Positions 59,341 through 64,000 of a stretch of DNA of 64,000 bases are shown here, one piece after another. The notes beneath the pieces are model-generated. The model searched no databases, was not told the origin of the DNA, and worked only from the letters and a program-made list of their open reading frames with translations. This stretch comes from a bacterium (GTDB lineage: Bacteria; UBA8248; JACPRG01; G963555815): contig CBDHDG010000007.1 of assembly GCA_965261595.1 (NCBI GenBank), positions 480,001 to 544,000 of the forward strand, read 5' to 3'. The first letter of the stretch is position 1. Each line of letters begins with the position of its first letter. A program made the translations under genes and the position numbers.

Positions 59341-59869
59341 CTTGCCCTGGGGTCCTTTGGTCTCTAGTCCCATAACCTAGCTCTCCTTGGTCAGGCTGTG
59401 GGGGGGTGCAAATCTTCAGCTTTTCACCATCCTCTCTGTCAATCAGCCCATCGAGAGATAAAAGGTCGGAGCCATTAAAGGTGTGAAACTTGTCAACGTT
59501 ATGAAGGGCGGCTGAGGCGAGATGAATTGCATCCTGGGGTTTCAGCGTCTTGTCGGGGAGTGCGTTTATGGATCTGAGAATCCGCCGCGCCAAGATACCG
59601 ACGTCTCTATCCAATTGGATGTAAACAACATAATCTTGCTCAAGGAATTCCTCAAACATGGCGTCTTTTGCCTGAGCCAATCCTTTGTTCACCCCTTCAC
59701 ACTTTTTCTTGAAGACCTCTGCGAGGGTAAATGTTGACGTTAGTATCACAACCTCTTTTACCTCGGCCTGTTTGATGGCATGCCTACATGCAACTAGCCT
59801 GCCTTCTTCCTCGTTGATCAGGCCAATCCACACGCATGAATCCCAGTAGACCCGAGACTTATCCGTCAA
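59327..59869 (-). CDS. PIN-domain (VapC-like) ribonuclease
   Basis: YWDSC, TLAEV, PQDAIHLASA, HTFN. Confidence 0.85.
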   Translation of the reverse strand: MTDKSRVYWDSCVWIGLINEEEGRLVACRHAIKQAEVKEVVILTSTFTLAEVFKKKCEGVNKGLAQAKDAMFEEFLEQDYVVYIQLDRDVGILARRILRSINALPDKTLKPQDAIHLASAALHNVDKFHTFNGSDLLSLDGLIDREDGEKLKICTPPQPDQGELGYGTRDQRTPGQDEQE

Positions 59870-60722
59870 GGTTCTCTTCCCTAAGATTGTCTAAATACTC
59901 CGACGGTCCCATGCCACCGGTGAAATCAGGATCTCGAATATCGTCAATGGACACGTTCGTCGGATCAATCAGGGTTACACTAGAGGCCTGGACCCGAGAA
60001 ATAGAACCGCCATCCGTATAGCTGATTATCCCTCGAACCAGAATCCGCTTCTGCCTCCAGACATCCAGGAGAGTCGCTTCTCCGGCAATCGTTTCTTGGA
60101 GGTCGTCCGAGATCCGACACCAAAATTTTTTTCTGGTTACCCTCTCGATTATCCAGAGCGCTGGGTTGTTGGATTTCGTGCCCACATCATGCAGATACCC
60201 TTCAACAGATCCGAGTTCACTCCGTGCGCTTCTTGCAATCTTTTGCTCGATCTCAACTAAAACTTCAACCATTCTTTCGTACTCCAGAATAGCGCGACTG
60301 GCTTTTTGTGGGGTGATCTCGATAGGTGGCGCGTCTTTTTCTAAGACGATTTCGGTCTTTCCTATGCCGTTGGCACATCTCTCAAGGATTCCTCCAACGA
60401 GTTCCGCCGGAGGCCCGGAGCGCCACCGCTGGGGGATTCGGCCTTCGGACAGCTCCCTGATATCGTTCCCGAAACGCTCCTTCTGGTGTTTGGCAATTCG
60501 ATCAACGTCAACGGTTTGGGTCTTCCCAACGGCTTCCCCTTCAACCATTAACGGGCTATCCATGCTTACAGCGGCCAATCGCCAGAATATCTCTTTTCCC
60601 TCCGGATCGTCTTGAAGGGCAAGATCAAAAATGTCCAACACCTGTTGCATTGCGTCTTGGACCGTTAGTAAATCAGGGGTTTTGCTCGGACCCTGAACAC
60701 CCACCTGGATGAATTCAGCCAT
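59859..60722 (-). CDS. hypothetical 287-aa protein coupled to the PIN gene
   Basis: GGAG RBS, ATG 60722; overlaps the PIN start by 11 nt; no family recognised. Confidence 0.8.
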   Translation of the reverse strand: MAEFIQVGVQGPSKTPDLLTVQDAMQQVLDIFDLALQDDPEGKEIFWRLAAVSMDSPLMVEGEAVGKTQTVDVDRIAKHQKERFGNDIRELSEGRIPQRWRSGPPAELVGGILERCANGIGKTEIVLEKDAPPIEITPQKASRAILEYERMVEVLVEIEQKIARSARSELGSVEGYLHDVGTKSNNPALWIIERVTRKKFWCRISDDLQETIAGEATLLDVWRQKRILVRGIISYTDGGSISRVQASSVTLIDPTNVSIDDIRDPDFTGGMGPSEYLDNLREENLDG

Positions 60723-60779
60723 GATTTTTTCTCCGCCTGCGAAGGATCCGCCTGCGCTTAGATTTGCGTTCTCGCCCAA

Positions 60780-61709
60780 TTATGAGTGCCGATACAAGAG
60801 CCGTTTCCCCTCAAATCCGCTTAGGGCGAGGCGCATCCTCTCGACATCCCCCATCTTACGGCTGTTCCATCGGAAATTAAACTCCGCCAGGTAGCGGTCC
60901 ATGTGCCCTTCGCTGATATGGTGGAAGGCCCCCATAATGCCGCGTTTAAACAGGGAAAAGTACGACTCCGCGAAGTTCGTGTGAACGATTCCGCGGACAT
61001 AGGTTTTCGCATGGTCAACAGTCTGATGGCTTTTGAAGTGTTTGTCCAGCCCGGAATAGGACTGAAACTTGTCGGTCATAATGTCGGCGGTGATCTCAAC
61101 ATTTTCCCGAATGAGCCGACGCAGGGTTCCCTTTCCAACATTGGGAACGGTGAAGGCCTTAACCCGGCCATCCCTCTCAATCAGCGTGACAACCGGGGTC
61201 TTTTTGTCAGCCCCACGTCCACGAGTCCCGGTTCCCCTCTTCCTTCCGAATCGGTTGCGGACCTTTCCGCCGACATAGGTTTCATCAACCTCAACGATTC
61301 CGGTGAGCATTTCCTGGACATCGGGATCACCCATGGCATGGCGGATACGGTGACAAAGGAACCACGCGCTTTTGTAGGTGATACCTACAGACCGTTCTAT
61401 CTGTTTCGCAGAGATTCCCTTCTTGCTGGAGGACATCAAATAGACGGTGGCCAGCCATTTATTCAGGGGGATATGGGAAGCCTCAAAAATGGTCCCTACC
61501 GTCACAGAAAATTTCTTGCGGCAGGAAGCGCACTTGTAAGACCTCCGCTTGCTCTTCTTGTTCTTGGAGTTCGGGGCAGTCAACCAGGATTTCCCATGCC
61601 CGCAATGAGAACAGATTCGACCATCTGCCCATCGAACTTCCTCAATTAAATCAATGGCCTTTTCTTCATCGGCGAAACAGGAAGAAAGCTTAATCAAGTT
61701 GGATTCCAT
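60780..61709 (-). CDS. IS1595-family transposase
   Basis: CSHC..CASC Zn ribbon, GTIFE.SH, EVDETY, TD, HTN.AES, YLAEF.FRWN. Confidence 0.95.
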   Translation of the reverse strand: MESNLIKLSSCFADEEKAIDLIEEVRWADGRICSHCGHGKSWLTAPNSKNKKSKRRSYKCASCRKKFSVTVGTIFEASHIPLNKWLATVYLMSSSKKGISAKQIERSVGITYKSAWFLCHRIRHAMGDPDVQEMLTGIVEVDETYVGGKVRNRFGRKRGTGTRGRGADKKTPVVTLIERDGRVKAFTVPNVGKGTLRRLIRENVEITADIMTDKFQSYSGLDKHFKSHQTVDHAKTYVRGIVHTNFAESYFSLFKRGIMGAFHHISEGHMDRYLAEFNFRWNSRKMGDVERMRLALSGFEGKRLLYRHS

Positions 61710-61733
61710 GACAAATGTCTCCTTTCAAGACTG

Positions 61734-61762
61734 AATATAGACCATGGGAGAGGTCCTGTCAA
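61734..61762 (-). promoter_or_regulatory. transposase promoter overlapping the IR
   Basis: TTGACA-N17-TATATT on the minus strand; AAGGAG RBS downstream. Confidence 0.7.
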
Positions 61763-61793
61763 GTATATAATCACCATATTCAATGGAACCGAA

Positions 61794-61809
61794 CGGCACG
61801 AAAATCGCT
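61794..61809 (+). promoter_or_regulatory. putative sigma54 -24/-12 promoter
   Basis: CGGCACG-AAAA-TCGCT (GG-N10-GC). Confidence 0.45.
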
Positions 61810-61895
61810 CCAATCATTAAGGCAGGGATTAGATTTACAGGTAGTGGAGACTTTCATCCGCTGTTTCAAGGGGTGGGAGAAAGGAGATCCCGGCG

Positions 61896-62096
61896 ATGAA
61901 AACGCTGAAAGAGAAGGAAGTGGCGCTCCTTTCCATCCGCAACCTGAACCGCTATCTCCATGGAGAGATCAAAAAAGAGGAGTGGCGGGAGAACATGCGC
62001 TGGATCGAGGACATGCTCGCCCGCCAGCAGGCCCTGCCGTTATCCGGGGACAAACTGGACGACCCCCCCCGGGCCGGATCGGTCTCGGACAATTGA
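61896..62096 (+). CDS. small hypothetical protein
   Basis: AGGAG RBS; host-like codon use; 66 aa. Confidence 0.55.
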   Translation: MKTLKEKEVALLSIRNLNRYLHGEIKKEEWRENMRWIEDMLARQQALPLSGDKLDDPPRAGSVSDN

Positions 62097-62336
62097 AGCG
62101 CATCGGGCAAAACATCGGGGCCGTCTCGACTAACTCGCGCAGCTTGCCCCGGGATGCCCGCGAGGGCGTGTCACCCTCCCGGTCCGCGTCCGGGATGTCC
62201 CCTTGATGGAGGGGCCTCGCAGCGGACTTCCCGGATGATCGTCCGTCAATCAAAACCAACATCATTAAATTGGAAGACCTGCCCCCCCCGGGCTGAATCC
62301 TCAGCGCCCTTTCCGGGTCCTGCCCCGGGAGCGTCC

Positions 62337-63368
62337 TCACGATTGCACCTCGCTCGTCTCCGTCTTCGTCGGGACCTGCCAGCGCCCGCCCAGTTGATAG
62401 CGCGAGAAGAGAAGCATGCCGAGGGAGATGTAAAATATTTCCCGGAAGCGGCGAAGGATGCTGAACGAGAGGGCGGTTGTGGCGGGGAGGCCGTAAGCCG
62501 CGAAAATAAGGATGTTTCCCCCCTCCGTCGCGCCGATCCCCCCCGGGATAAAGAAAATCGCCCCCTTGATCATCGCGACGATGGATTCGATGGCAAAGGC
62601 CATCCCCCAATTGACGGGGACGCCCAGGAGCCAAAGCACGAAGTACGTTTCCCCGACTCCCGCCACCCAACCTAGAAAATGAAAGAGAATCCCGAGCGTC
62701 ATCCCCCGGCGGTTTTCCCGGTAATAACGGGAAAGTTTCTCGTCCAGGCTGATCATTCGGCTTTCCACTTTGGCCAGCGCGGCCCCCTTCAGTCCGAGGT
62801 ATCGCAAAAACCGCATGATGGCCCCGAACATTCCCAGCCGCTGCGCGACCAGGAGCGCGACACACAGGGGGATGAAGGCCACCATCGTCCACATCAGCCC
62901 TTTTATGATCGCCGGGCCGGTCCCGATTTGGTAGATGGCGATGCAGATTCCGATCAGCACAAAGAGCGCCTCGGCAATCGTCATGACCGTCTTGGCCACG
63001 ACCACTGAGGAAGCGCCATCCACCATGTTCACGCCGTGGCGCTCCAGGAAGAACACCTTGACCGGCTCCCCCCCCATATACGCGGTGGGGGTGATGGTGT
63101 TCATCGTTTCGCCGATGAGGCGCAGCCAAAGGAGGCGAACCATCCGGATGGCCGGTTTCTCGGAAAAACAGTAGCGCCACCCGACGTTGTTAATCCAGGT
63201 GGCGACGAAATACGGAAGGATGATGAAGGGAAAGTAGATCCCCGCCCGGCCGAGCTCTCTTCCAATGGCGCGCGCGTCGAGGAAGTAGAGCAGAACGCCG
63301 AAGAATGCGAGTCCCGCCGCCAGAAAAAACAGACTGATCAGACGCCCAACCGTGGAGCTCGCGGACAT
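62337..63368 (-). CDS. lysylphosphatidylglycerol synthase TM/flippase-like (UPF0104) protein
   Basis: NTITPTAYMGGEPVK, IPGGIGATEG, RRFRE. Confidence 0.85.
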   Translation of the reverse strand: MSASSTVGRLISLFFLAAGLAFFGVLLYFLDARAIGRELGRAGIYFPFIILPYFVATWINNVGWRYCFSEKPAIRMVRLLWLRLIGETMNTITPTAYMGGEPVKVFFLERHGVNMVDGASSVVVAKTVMTIAEALFVLIGICIAIYQIGTGPAIIKGLMWTMVAFIPLCVALLVAQRLGMFGAIMRFLRYLGLKGAALAKVESRMISLDEKLSRYYRENRRGMTLGILFHFLGWVAGVGETYFVLWLLGVPVNWGMAFAIESIVAMIKGAIFFIPGGIGATEGGNILIFAAYGLPATTALSFSILRRFREIFYISLGMLLFSRYQLGGRWQVPTKTETSEVQS

Positions 63369-63523
63369 AAACACCCAAACTTTCCGGAAACAGATCCGCC
63401 GCAACCGACTTCAGGGGGAAAGGGGCCGTTCAGAAAACCTCTGCTACAATACCACACTTGGTAGAACCCAGCGCTTGATTCAACCATTCCTGCTGATCGG
63501 GGACCACCGATTTGCCGCCTCCC

Positions 63524-64000
63524 ATGGAACCCCTTCTGCGGGCCATCGTGATTTCCCCGGGGCCCGAAAAGGACTCGGCCCCTTGTCCGTCTTTCCTTCG
63601 CGCCGGGGGGCTTTCCATCCTCGTTCGCGCGCTCCTCACCCTGAAACGGGGCGGGGTGAGCGATTTCACCGTCGTTGCGTTGGGCGAGAGGGACGCGATC
63701 CATGAAGAAGTCCGCCGGGAACCCGGGTTGCGAGAAACCCGAATCCTGGATGTCTCCGAGGCGACCCATGAAGCGGCTTTGGCCGGAGGGGGGGAGGGGG
63801 GGGGGAGGGGGGGGGATTTCCTCCTCGTCCTGGGCGACCGGGTCTTCTCCGCGGATGCGGCCGACGACCTGAACCGCGCGAGATCGGCGGAGGGCAAGGG
63901 CCTGATCCTCCTGGAAGAAGGCGGGGGGTTTTCAGGGTTGGCGTTCTGCCGGGCCGCGCGTGCGGCCGAAATCTGGGCCGCCCTGTCGGGGACCGGCGAT
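63524..64000 (+). CDS. partial: NTP-transferase-like N-terminal domain (as in CDP-alcohol phosphatidyltransferase fusions), runs off window
   Basis: Open frame from ATG 63524: LRAGGLSILVRALLTLKRGG...FLLVLGDRVF. Confidence 0.55.
   Translation, partial: MEPLLRAIVISPGPEKDSAPCPSFLRAGGLSILVRALLTLKRGGVSDFTVVALGERDAIHEEVRREPGLRETRILDVSEATHEAALAGGGEGGGRGGDFLLVLGDRVFSADAADDLNRARSAEGKGLILLEEGGGFSGLAFCRAARAAEIWAALSGTGD

Larger units (their letters stand above)
59156..61775 (-). mobile_element. IS1595-family element with passenger genes (2620 bp)
   Basis: 24-bp IRs GG(C/T)GATTATATACTT(C/G)ACAGGACC (2 mismatches); 8-bp TSD ATATTCAA at 59148-59155 and 61776-61783. Confidence 0.95.

Noticed and set aside
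1..64000. tRNA, rRNA, known riboswitches, prophage, reverse transcriptase or DGR
   Set aside because: None recognised by eye; a tRNAscan/Infernal run would be needed to exclude small RNAs.

Overview
High-GC bacterial chromosomal segment; the gene repertoire is reminiscent of Nitrospinota/Tectomicrobia-type genomes, but that placement is only a guess. No rRNA, tRNA or CRISPR array was seen. Layout: (1) 1-15 kb, an uncharacterised catabolic region: start of a CoxM-type FAD subunit, M29-fold protein, two UbiD decarboxylases, SDR, two COG1233 FAD oxidoreductases, and an LLM oxidoreductase heading a tandem array of four diverged Zn-dependent deaminases. Three of the deaminases share a ~106-bp leader that is far more conserved than the genes, with REP palindromes at the joints. 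(2) 15-24 kb, a wrecked defence islet: TIR protein, VapBC relic, RAYT relic and a convergent AbiE pair cut by five nested IS3-family insertions, several with recoverable target duplications. (3) 24-40 kb, more catabolic genes: lone Mo-hydroxylase large subunit, two EamA transporters, IS-disrupted sixA, a DHPON-hydrolase-like enzyme, an R-M cassette, cupin/lyase/amidohydrolase and an NMT1-type binding protein. (4) 40-47 kb, envelope glycosylation genes and an IS graveyard. (5) 47-59 kb, an Asp->Asn pseudo-receiver-HPt protein and a complete A1-type cytochrome c oxidase operon with a Rex/CRP-like box. (6) 59-62 kb, an intact IS1595-family element (24-bp IRs, 8-bp TSD) carrying an unknown protein plus a PIN nuclease. 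Lipid genes follow at the end. The best candidates for novel systems are the deaminase cassette array and the IS1595-borne PIN module.
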